Positions 44,950 through 53,391 of a stretch of DNA of 64,000 nucleotides are shown in pieces. The position numbers and the translations under genes were made by a program. This stretch comes from Terriglobales bacterium. GTDB taxonomy: Bacteria > Acidobacteriota > Terriglobia > Terriglobales > Acidobacteriaceae. How positions within the stretch are numbered: the first letter of the stretch is position 1; every line of letters begins with the position of its first letter. The DNA lies in assembly GCA_049585795.1 (NCBI GenBank), contig JBAVAQ010000023.1:45915-109914 (forward strand), written 5' to 3'. The notes under the pieces were generated by a model. It did not search any database. It was not told the DNA's origin and saw only the letters and a list, made by a program, of their open reading frames with translations.

Positions 44950-45761
44950 GCCTATGTTGTGGGCGCGGGTGCCCGCGCCGTGATGGCGACAATCCGAACA
45001 ATCCCCTTGCGATAGCTATTTTTGTTTTTCTTCTGGCTTTTCTGGCGACCGGCTGCGGTGGACACAAAAATGCCCAGGTCAATGTTCCGCCCCCACCGCC
45101 CATCACCGCGCCGGAATCGCAGACCAGTTCCGCGAATGCTGAACCCGCAGCCAAAATAAATGCACCACCACCATCAGAAGCAGACGCGTTCCGCATCCCC
45201 GCGAATGCGAAACCAATTTTCGTGGAAACTGGCCTTGCCAGTTGGTATGGAGGCCCGTATAACAAGCGCCGCGGTTCGAACGGCGAGATCTACGACATGC
45301 ACGCCATGACTGCTGCTCATCGCACCCTTCCCTTGGGATCGATTGTGCGCGTCACCAATGTCAAGACGGGGCGCTCGGCACTGGTGCGAATCACCGATCG
45401 CGGACCGTTCGTGGAAGGCCGCATCCTGGATCTTTCGCAGGCCGCGGCCAAGAAAGTGGACGTCTGGCAGGTGGGCGTCGCCATGGTCCGCATCGAAGTG
45501 ATGCGGGCGCCGTCTTCCCTGGAAACGGGGGGCAGATGGGCGGTACAGATCGGCGCTTTCGAGAAAGAACATTCCGCCAATAAGTTAGCCGACCATCTAT
45601 CCCACCGTTATCAGACTGCGAAGGTGCAATGTTTCAGCAGTCCGATTGGCGACTGGTGGGTCCGAGTTCGCGTGCAGGATGACGATCGTAAACTTGCCGA
45701 AGAGGTTGTGCGCAAAACTCAGACTCCGCAAGGCGCCATCTTTCTAGTCAGGCTCGACTGA
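44946..45761 (+). CDS. rlpA: Septal ring lytic transglycosylase RlpA (DPBB + SPOR), lipoprotein
   Basis: Lipobox LAFLATGC. GLASWYGGPYNKRRGSNGEIYD...TAAHRTLPLGS.VRVTN...RITDRGPF, and SPOR WAVQIGAFEKEHSANKL. The track ORF's 5' extension from 44505 is rejected. Confidence 0.85.
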   Translation: MSLCCGRGCPRRDGDNPNNPLAIAIFVFLLAFLATGCGGHKNAQVNVPPPPPITAPESQTSSANAEPAAKINAPPPSEADAFRIPANAKPIFVETGLASWYGGPYNKRRGSNGEIYDMHAMTAAHRTLPLGSIVRVTNVKTGRSALVRITDRGPFVEGRILDLSQAAAKKVDVWQVGVAMVRIEVMRAPSSLETGGRWAVQIGAFEKEHSANKLADHLSHRYQTAKVQCFSSPIGDWWVRVRVQDDDRKLAEEVVRKTQTPQGAIFLVRLD

Positions 45762-45872
45762 GCACCAAGAACCGCACTGCAAGAACGCTCTCCGATCAGA
45801 TATAGTAGCTCTGCGCCTTCCCCGTCCCGGCGACACCCGTGCTAGCGCGCGGCGTGTCTCCTATTCCGATCT

Positions 45873-46226
45873 ATGGACGGTGTCATGAACGACTGTCTGT
45901 TCTGCCGCATCATTCGTGGGGAAATTCCCTCCAAGAAAGTGTACGAAGACGAGCACACCTACGCGTTTGACGATATCAATCCGCAAGCTCCCACACACGT
46001 GTTAGTCGTTCCCAAGAAGCATGTGCGCGGTCTGAAGGAAGCTGCGGCCGAAGATGCCGAATTGATCGGCCGCTGTCAGCTTGTCGCAGCGAATATCGCG
46101 CGCCAGCGCAGCATCGAGGATGGCTACCGCACCGTGCTCAACGTCGGCCCTCGTGCCGGGCAGTCGGTCTTCCATTTGCACGTGCACCTGCTGGGTGGGC
46201 GAAGCTTGCAGTGGCCTCCGGGATAG
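45873..46226 (+). CDS. HIT-family (histidine triad) nucleotide-binding protein
   Basis: CLFCRII and HLHVHLLGG. The start may instead be the ATG at 45885. Confidence 0.88.
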   Translation: MDGVMNDCLFCRIIRGEIPSKKVYEDEHTYAFDDINPQAPTHVLVVPKKHVRGLKEAAAEDAELIGRCQLVAANIARQRSIEDGYRTVLNVGPRAGQSVFHLHVHLLGGRSLQWPPG

Positions 46227-46316
46227 AAGTGGCTCTGGGAGCCTGTCGCGGTGAGTTCGTTAACGTTCCACGGAATCCCTCAGGGGCTAAAGCCCGCGTC
46301 ATTATTAGCTCCGGGC

Positions 46317-46340
46317 GGCGCGGTTGAAGCCGTGCCCTTC
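46317..46340 (+). repeat. REP-like hairpin, GGCRCGGC-TNAA-GCCGYGCC-CTTC family (copy A)
   Basis: ggcgcggttgaagccgtgcccttc. Confidence 0.5.
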
Positions 46341-46428
46341 CTCAAAGCAAATACACCGATAGCCCGCTCTAGCAGTGATTGTTCGGCGACAGGCCGCTGG
46401 GGAAATGCTTCTCTCAGTTTGTTGTCCC

Positions 46429-47079
46429 TTACTCGGCGGCGGCTCCGTCTTCCGGGGCGCCGTGGCGGCGCAGCAATTGCGGCAGGTTCTGCGAGAAGGC
46501 TGAGCGCGGCAGCACCATGTCGCATCCGACCTCGTGGGCCTTCTGTTTCAAGTCGCCCTGCACATGCGATAGAAAGCCGATAATCGAAGTCTTCTTCAGC
46601 TTGCTCTTGAGTTTTGGAATCAGAGTCAGCGGCTTGGCGTTGGTGTTATTCATGTCGAAGATAACCAGCGAAGGCTTTTCTTCACCGTTCAGCTTAATCC
46701 GCTCCAGCATGTCTTTTTCGTTCTTGACGAATTCGACTTTGACATTGAGCTTGCGCGCCGTCTCCTGAATCTTCGCTTGGAAAAACAGATCATCCACGAA
46801 GGCGAAGATGCGCGAGTTGGCATCGTCGTTGGGCGGGAGCGGCTCGGGTTCCACGGGAGTATAGGACGGAGCGAAACCGGGACGTCCACCGCGTCCGCGC
46901 CCTCCTTTGTCTCCGTTGAGCGCGCCGCGATAACTGTGATCCATGGGAGCGCTGTAGATGCCGCTGATTTGCTGGCGATCACGACCGCCGGGCTGTCCCG
47001 CGCGATTCGAGGGGCGGCGCCCTCGCCGCCGTCTGCGTTGCCCTCCGCCTCCGGAGGGATTTCCTGGTCCAACATTCAT
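46429..47079 (-). CDS. Arg/Gly-rich disordered N-terminus + CheY-like receiver domain protein
   Basis: Start at MNVGPG (ATG at 47079). N-terminal GGGGQRRRRRGRRPS...GGRGRGGRPG. The C-terminal ~125 aa look receiver-like (IFAFVDD, VIFDMN, IIGFLSH). Confidence 0.6.
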   Translation of the reverse strand: MNVGPGNPSGGGGQRRRRRGRRPSNRAGQPGGRDRQQISGIYSAPMDHSYRGALNGDKGGRGRGGRPGFAPSYTPVEPEPLPPNDDANSRIFAFVDDLFFQAKIQETARKLNVKVEFVKNEKDMLERIKLNGEEKPSLVIFDMNNTNAKPLTLIPKLKSKLKKTSIIGFLSHVQGDLKQKAHEVGCDMVLPRSAFSQNLPQLLRRHGAPEDGAAAE

Positions 47080-47539
47080 ATTGTGTCTCTTTGTGTAGTT
47101 CAGCGTTTCAGTCCCCGCAGCGGGGACTCGGTCCTGGTGCCTGGGTACTACCGCTCTCCGGGTGCTGCCTCGCCTCGCACACAAGCACCGAGCGTGCGTG
47201 GAAACCCAATGCGGTTGGAGTTCATCCTTGAATGATCTTTGTCCGTCTAGGCGCCTGGAGCTAATGGGCGCGGGAGGCCAGCTAGGGAGCATGGCCGCTT
47301 GGGAACACTCTGATGGTATCTCTCGCGGCGGATAGAGCGCAAGTCCTAACTAACGGGAATTTTGCACAGAAGTAACTGGATTGCTTCGCCGGGGGGTTTG
47401 AATACCGATTTCGGCTTGCGGGGTGAAGCCCGGATTTTTCGCGGTTCGATCGGCAAGGCGGAAAGAGGCTGCGGAAATGCCATTATCAAGTTCGAGTCGC
47501 CTCAGCGGGCTAAAACCCTCGACCGTTATTGGCAATTTC

Positions 47540-47564
47540 GGCACGAGTAAACTCGTGCCCTTCC
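47540..47564 (+). repeat. REP-like hairpin family (copy B)
   Basis: ggcacgagtaaactcgtgcccttcc, with a perfect 8-bp stem. Confidence 0.5.
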
Positions 47565-47679
47565 CGAATTCGATACCGTCAGGGAAAGTTTCTCCGTAGG
47601 CTCTGAAGCGGCGTGCGCCCTTCACCGCATCGCTCGCGTCTCCCCAGACGGGGGCGTCGCGGGCAACGTGAGCTTGGAG

Positions 47680-48942
47680 CTAGGTTCCGCCACTCACCTC
47701 ACGGGCCCATTGCATGGCTTGCCAGTAGCACTCAGCGACCTCGCTCTCGGTGAGACGAAGCTGACTGGTCAAGTCAGCTGCGGTTTTCCACTCTCCGGAT
47801 TCTTGCGCCAGCATGAGCTGATAAAAGACGCGCAGGCGGCTGGCTCCGCCCAACAGCACAGCTTTCGTTTCGTGATCGATGGGAATGTGGTCGAGCACTT
47901 GGGACATGGGTATCTCGAGAATGGCATCCATCAATGAGAGCAATCCCATCAAGAATAGATCGGAGTCCCCGTGCGGGATCTTCGGCGAGAGCAGTTCGCA
48001 GAAGCGGGCGCGGACCATGGCGGAAAGAACCAATTCGCTGGTCTTGCCTTGGCCTGCGCCAAGGGTTGCCACTAAACGGATCCAGCGGCGGACTTCCCGT
48101 TCTCCCAGAATCGCCAGGGCATGCCGGACGGAGTGAATTTCGTTGGCGAACCCGAAGGCGGCGGAGTTCAAATAGCGCAGCAAACGATAGCAGAGCGCAG
48201 CCTCGCTCTTGACCAGATTCTCGATCTCGCGCGCGTCCAACTCGGGCTGCGAAACCGCTTTCAGCATGCGCAGATAGTTGATCCGGTTGGCGGGGATTTC
48301 GTGCGCTGTGAGTATCTCCGGCCGGCGGAAAAAGTATCCCTGGAAATACAGGAAACCCGCTTTCTTGGCGACCAGAAACTCCTCGCGCGTTTCCACCTTC
48401 TCGGCCAGCATGCGGCAGCGCCAGGGCCCGTAACGTTTGACCATAACCGCAGCCTCAGGGGCCGAGGTCTCTCGGAGGTCCACTTTGATGATGTCGGCGA
48501 GGTCGGTGAGAGCCTCGCGCGGGTCATTCACTGCAAAATCGTCCAGGGCGATTGCGTATCCGGCTTCTTTCAGGCGGCGGCAGGCGGCCACGACCAAATC
48601 ATCGGCCGGCACGCTCTCCAGAATTTCGGCTACAGCCTGTTCCGAAGGCAGCAGAGTGATGTAATCCTTAAGCAGGATGTCGCGGGTGCAGTTGACGAAG
48701 GCGCGACGTCCGTCGCAGAGAACGTCAAGGCCCAGCAACATGGCGGTGTTCAAGGTGCTGCGCGAAGCGACGTCTGGATCCGCGTGACGGAAGAAATCCT
48801 CCACGCCATCGCGAAACAGGAGTTCGTAGCCGAAAACCTTTTCGTCGACCGTGAGAATCGGCTGGCGAGCGACAAACTGGGTTCCAGGCTTGAGCGCCGG
48901 CTTGCCTTGGCCGGGGTTGAGAGCAGAAGTAGGGGCAGTCAC
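47680..48942 (-). CDS. EAL + HDOD domain protein (c-di-GMP signalling)
   Basis: 420 aa with FVARQPIL...YELLFR, DDF, KVD and EKVET, then an HDOD-like C-terminal half. Confidence 0.8.
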   Translation of the reverse strand: MTAPTSALNPGQGKPALKPGTQFVARQPILTVDEKVFGYELLFRDGVEDFFRHADPDVASRSTLNTAMLLGLDVLCDGRRAFVNCTRDILLKDYITLLPSEQAVAEILESVPADDLVVAACRRLKEAGYAIALDDFAVNDPREALTDLADIIKVDLRETSAPEAAVMVKRYGPWRCRMLAEKVETREEFLVAKKAGFLYFQGYFFRRPEILTAHEIPANRINYLRMLKAVSQPELDAREIENLVKSEAALCYRLLRYLNSAAFGFANEIHSVRHALAILGEREVRRWIRLVATLGAGQGKTSELVLSAMVRARFCELLSPKIPHGDSDLFLMGLLSLMDAILEIPMSQVLDHIPIDHETKAVLLGGASRLRVFYQLMLAQESGEWKTAADLTSQLRLTESEVAECYWQAMQWAREVSGGT

Positions 48943-49046
48943 TCTTTACCCATCGGCACAACCAAGAAAGAGATTAGAGGGGGAACGTGGTGAACCAAGG
49001 AGGCGATTCGAGCGGTTGCGGAAAACTTGTGGGGGGTCCCGGAGCC

Positions 49047-49073
49047 TTGAAGGGGCGCGGCTACAGCCGCGCC
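49047..49073 (-). repeat. REP-like hairpin family (copy C, inverted orientation)
   Basis: ttgaaggggcgcggctacagccgcgcc, with a perfect 8-bp stem. Confidence 0.55.
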
Positions 49074-49193
49074 GCCTGTTGGTTCAAATATTACGGCACA
49101 GCCGCGAAGCCGTTTCGGAAAAACACTCGGGCGCTGAGGTTTGAAAGGCCAAGGTTTTCCATGCCGTGCCGCCGTACTCCTAAACCGATGGAC

Positions 49194-49222
49194 GGCGCGG
49201 CTCAAGCCGTGCCCCTTCAAGG
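49194..49222 (+). repeat. REP-like hairpin family (copy D)
   Basis: ggcgcggctcaagccgtgccccttcaagg. Forms a 29-bp terminal inverted repeat with copy C. Confidence 0.55.
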
Positions 49223-49262
49223 CTCAAGGGTGTTGATTTTCGAATCTTTGGAGTTGTCATCT

Positions 49263-49679
49263 TCATTCCTCAACCCATTCGACGCCGCAGGTGTAGCACT
49301 TCCAGTTGTTCTTACGTACGGGAATGGGAAACGATAAGAGCAGCCATAGCCCGTAAGTCCAGAAGCGATTGAGTTTTTCGAATCCAATGTCGAGCGAATA
49401 ACAACGAGGGCAGCGTGGCTGCTCGTACGACTCGCCAACATCTTCTTCGTCGAATTGCAGCGGGATCGGTTCGTCCAGAATGGCGCGAGCCGCCTCCGCA
49501 TCTTGCTTATGGACCTGCAGGCGTATGCCGCCGATGGCGTTCGAGAGCAGCCAGTCCATGCGAACCAGGTTGCCATCAGCCAGGGCGCAGGCAATTCCCG
49601 CCGACTCCAGTTTTCCCTTGGCCAGCAGGGCCTCGGGAACATCGCGGAAATGTTGCAGTGTGACGAGCTCGGTCGACAC
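49263..49679 (-). CDS. DUF2007-type putative signal-transducing protein with C-terminal zinc-ribbon/TM
   Basis: 138 aa with ALLAKGKLESAGI, CPRC...x47...CYTCG. Confidence 0.6.
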   Translation of the reverse strand: MSTELVTLQHFRDVPEALLAKGKLESAGIACALADGNLVRMDWLLSNAIGGIRLQVHKQDAEAARAILDEPIPLQFDEEDVGESYEQPRCPRCYSLDIGFEKLNRFWTYGLWLLLSFPIPVRKNNWKCYTCGVEWVEE

Positions 49680-49719
49680 TTTCGACTAGCACCCAATCGC
49701 AAACAACGCTCGCGCTATT

Positions 49720-52533
49720 CTATTGCACCGTAAGCGTAACCGTCGCGGTATGCGTAAGAGCCGATGTGCCTCCCGTGGTGGCGCTTACGGTTACCGTGCT
49801 GGTCCCGGCGGGAGTTCCCGGATTACTGGGTTGACCGCTGCTTCCGCCGCAAGCCGGCATCCATAAAGTAGAGAGCGCCAGGACTAGCAGAAGGCTCAGC
49901 AAACGCACACGGTGCCATCCGCGTTTGCGATTTTCCGTCGAGATTAGCAGTCCGAAAAATCCTGGTAAGAGCAGAGCATAGAAGGTACCACGGTGGCGCC
50001 CGAAGGGATCTTTGTCCAATCTTGACGAGGCTGCCGTGGTCGAGATGGTCAGCGTCCCGCCGGTCGCTGCGGTCGGGAACGTGCAAGTGGCTTCCGGAGG
50101 CAGCCCGGTGCAACTGTAGGTTAAGGTCTGGCTGAAGCCGCCGAGTGGTGTGATGGTCAGCGTCGTCGTCCCACTCCCCCCGGGGGCAGCCACAGTAACG
50201 GTGGGGGGACTGGCAGCGATTTTGAAATCTTGAACGTTATAAGGAAGAGCCGATGAGGTCGACCCAGAGAAGTTCGTGTCTCCGCCATAGGTCGCGGTGA
50301 TGGAGTACGATGCCCCCGCCAGCGTGGTGCTCGCCAACGTGGCTACGCCTGAGCTGTTCAATGTTGCCGTACCCAGCTTGCCAAGGGTTGGGTCGGAAAA
50401 GGTCACGGTTCCGGTGGGTGTTTTCGTGCTAGCGGACGATGGCTTGACTGTGGCGGTGAAAGTCACACTGGTTCCCACATTTACGGGCGACGCGGGCGAG
50501 GCAGTTAGCGTGGTAGTGGTGGCGACGAGACTCGACGAGCTCCAGTTGTTAAGCAAGTTTGCTACATTGATCGAGCCGAGCCCGGTCGCTTCGTCGTAGC
50601 CGGCAGTGACCAGGTATCCGCTGAGACCACCGGTGAGCCCTGTAGGGCCCGCCGTGCTGTTGTTGCACATACTCGGCGTCGTGACTACGCAGCCGGTAAC
50701 TCCGCTGGAGGCCACCGTGACATCGTTAAACACAGCGTTCGTCGGCGTGGCGGCGAGAGTATAAAGGTTGGGATTGAGCAAGCCCTGGGCAGAGCCTTCC
50801 TTTTGATTGAGAAGAGCGGTGATGCCGGCCATGTCCGGCGCGGCGGCGGAAGTACCAGAGAAAACTTCGAACCCAAAACTGCCGTTGTTCACTACGCAGG
50901 ATCCCCCGCCGGCGGCGAGACAGCCGAAATAGCCGTCGTGATCGGAGGCGCTAAAAGCAACATCAGGGGTGTATCGGCCACTTCGTGCAGCGGGAACACC
51001 CGTACCCGTCTGGTATGAGGGCGTGGCGATGAAGGAACTCACGCCGCCGCCAGTCCCAGCAACTTGCGGCTGGCCGTTTCCGTTCAATGGTTCATTCCAT
51101 GCGCCCTCGGGAATGTAGCCCAAGGCCGATTCGAAGCCGTTGCCGTTGGTCGAACTCCAATACTGGCTCGGGTTGGCTGCATCAGCGAACTCGGTGCCGC
51201 CCACGCACGTGGCGTAGCTTGAGGCGCAGATAGAATTCGGGCTGAGGCTTTGAGTTGGAGGCGGCGTGGTGAAAGCCGTATCGCAGCCGGCCGCAGCCGA
51301 ATCTCCGGATGATACGAATACCGAGATGCCTTCCCCGGCGGCCTCCGTGAACAGGCTGTCCCAGAACTGGACGCCAGGTGCCCCAGCGCTGGCTTCGCAG
51401 TTCCCAAAACTAATGCTCATAATGTGCGCTGGAACCGGATTTGTATCGACAGCATATGCGACGGCGATCTGGATGCCATCCTGAGTGGAGGTGTCGCCGC
51501 TGATCACGAGATCGAGCGTCGCGCCTTGCGCGACGCTGCCGGAGCGGGTGACGTCGAGAGTTGCCTCGCTCTGATCCCCAGAAGCGCTCCCGCTGCAAGC
51601 GGCGGGGCCAGGGTCGACCCCGAGCGGCGGGACAATGACAGTGGGCACGTTCGCCGTCACTGCAGCCTGGGTAGCGAAGTTCGTGATATCTGCAGTACAG
51701 ACGCGCGACCGGCCGACAATGGCGATGGTCTGGCCCGCCCCGTTGATCCCCCCGGTCACTCCATTGAGATTGTAGATAGTAGCGAAATCTGCCGGAAAGA
51801 TAATGTTGCTGCAGGTGCTGCCGCTGCAAAAGGTAGCGTCCGGAATCGTTCGCCAATTCGATCCCACATTATGCGAAGGTGCCTGCACGGTTTCAGATTC
51901 GTGTTGGGGATAGAGCTTGACCGTAAACAAACCGCTGACGGATTTAATCACAGCCGCCAGCGCCGCCGGTATTTGCGGCTCGGTATTAATAGAGATGCGC
52001 TTTTCGCCGTTGACTGTGAAGTAGTGCAGCTCCGCCCCGAAGGCATTGCCGACCGCGGAGGCTGGACCGCTGAATGTGATTCTCTGACGGCTATTGGAGA
52101 CGGCGTCGACAGTGAGATTCTGCGACTGCAGCCAGACTGTAACCGCTTGGAGGTCGTGCGAGGAGACGCCGAAGCGTTTGCCGATCTGTACCGGCGTCAG
52201 CCAATGGTGATAGTCAGGTGATGCCGGGTCCTGCTGGTCCTTCAGAAATTGCGTATACGCCTGTTCAACTTGTGGCGGTCGGGCGAGGACCACCGTGAGT
52301 CTTTCCATTGGAAGATCGGCGGGAACCGCGCCAGCGTCGTTCTGAAGGCTTGCCCAAGCCGGGTGATGACCCGTCAATGGAACACGATTTGCCGGGTCGA
52401 CCTGCGTTCGCACCAGATCTGTGGTCTGCGCAGGAGCCACGCCCACGATGGTCAACAGAAGCACGCACAGCGTGCAAAAAAGAGAAGCTGCGCGGCAAGC
52501 GGCGGCATTGCGATTCGGCATTACGGGGCGCAT
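49720..52533 (-). CDS. S53 (sedolisin/kumamolisin-like) serine peptidase with Ig-like repeats
   Basis: 937 aa with a signal peptide and a pro-kumamolisin activation region (YHHWLTPVQIGKRFG). SGTSAAAP catalytic Ser motif. Ig-like Thr/Ser-rich repeats, then a C-terminal TM + lipobox-like segment. Confidence 0.85.
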   Translation of the reverse strand: MRPVMPNRNAAACRAASLFCTLCVLLLTIVGVAPAQTTDLVRTQVDPANRVPLTGHHPAWASLQNDAGAVPADLPMERLTVVLARPPQVEQAYTQFLKDQQDPASPDYHHWLTPVQIGKRFGVSSHDLQAVTVWLQSQNLTVDAVSNSRQRITFSGPASAVGNAFGAELHYFTVNGEKRISINTEPQIPAALAAVIKSVSGLFTVKLYPQHESETVQAPSHNVGSNWRTIPDATFCSGSTCSNIIFPADFATIYNLNGVTGGINGAGQTIAIVGRSRVCTADITNFATQAAVTANVPTVIVPPLGVDPGPAACSGSASGDQSEATLDVTRSGSVAQGATLDLVISGDTSTQDGIQIAVAYAVDTNPVPAHIMSISFGNCEASAGAPGVQFWDSLFTEAAGEGISVFVSSGDSAAAGCDTAFTTPPPTQSLSPNSICASSYATCVGGTEFADAANPSQYWSSTNGNGFESALGYIPEGAWNEPLNGNGQPQVAGTGGGVSSFIATPSYQTGTGVPAARSGRYTPDVAFSASDHDGYFGCLAAGGGSCVVNNGSFGFEVFSGTSAAAPDMAGITALLNQKEGSAQGLLNPNLYTLAATPTNAVFNDVTVASSGVTGCVVTTPSMCNNSTAGPTGLTGGLSGYLVTAGYDEATGLGSINVANLLNNWSSSSLVATTTTLTASPASPVNVGTSVTFTATVKPSSASTKTPTGTVTFSDPTLGKLGTATLNSSGVATLASTTLAGASYSITATYGGDTNFSGSTSSALPYNVQDFKIAASPPTVTVAAPGGSGTTTLTITPLGGFSQTLTYSCTGLPPEATCTFPTAATGGTLTISTTAASSRLDKDPFGRHRGTFYALLLPGFFGLLISTENRKRGWHRVRLLSLLLVLALSTLWMPACGGSSGQPSNPGTPAGTSTVTVSATTGGTSALTHTATVTLTVQ

Positions 52534-52792
52534 CGAGTCCTCCAGTGTCTTCTACGTACTTGTGTTGCGACAGGGATCGGCCTACCAACTTCGAGGGAAG
52601 GTGCAACGGATGGGTCCGATTATGCGAGAGCGGAAGATGAAGGTCAACATAATTATTCGGATCCCCGGTTACGCTCGCGCAACGTCCCGAAGTTAGGATC
52701 GGTTCGCATTCCTTCCCGATTGCGGCTTAGAAAATATCTCCGCATACCTACGTGATCTGGATGGTGCCTCTCTCAACCCTTAGGTTGGGGTC

Positions 52793-53206
52793 ATGGGACG
52801 CAGAACAGCTCGCCTTCTTCTCGGTCAGATCTTAATCTCCATCTGTGTCGCAATCGCAAACCGGGCAGAGGCCCAAGTTTTACCCCAGGCTCCAGCTGAA
52901 CGCCGCTTCTGGGACCGAACCAACAGAATTCTTTTTGCCAGTCACGCCGCATTGGAAGCGCTGGACTTTGGCATTACACATCACAACTTGAGCGATGGTG
53001 GAAGGGAACTGGATCCGATGGCAAAAGCGCTGTGCGAGAGCGGAACCGCCGGCCAGTTGATTTTCTTTGGCGGACGGATGGCCGGAGTGGTTGCGATCGG
53101 CTATGTGTTGCACAAAACCGGACACTACAAACTAGAACGCGCGTTTCCGCTTTATGCCAGCGGAGATTCTGCCTACGGAGTGGGTTACAGTTTCGCGCAT
53201 CGCTAG
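52793..53206 (+). CDS. Hypothetical exported/membrane protein (possibly DUF5658-like)
   Basis: 137 aa with an N-terminal signal and the motif LDFGITHHNLSDGGRELDPM. Confidence 0.4.
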   Translation: MGRRTARLLLGQILISICVAIANRAEAQVLPQAPAERRFWDRTNRILFASHAALEALDFGITHHNLSDGGRELDPMAKALCESGTAGQLIFFGGRMAGVVAIGYVLHKTGHYKLERAFPLYASGDSAYGVGYSFAHR

Positions 53207-53284
53207 AAAGCCTGCGGAAAAACTTGTCGAGGACATGAAAAGCTCGCCTGAGTCACTAAAGGGCACACTTTTCAGCGACCTATG

Positions 53285-53316
53285 GGGCCCGACTGAAGTC
53301 GGGCCCTTCCCAAAAC
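53285..53316 (+). repeat. REP-like hairpin family (copy E)
   Basis: ggggcccgactgaagtcgggcccttcccaaaa, with a perfect 9-bp stem. Confidence 0.55.
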
Positions 53317-53391
53317 CAGGGTGTGGACGGCAGGTCCCTCCACCACGCTTTGCTTCGGTCGTGATGACAGAGTTGTGGGAAGGCGGCAGAT

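Noticed and set aside
48121-48993. 290-aa + strand ORF
   Set aside because: It is antisense to the EAL-HDOD gene.
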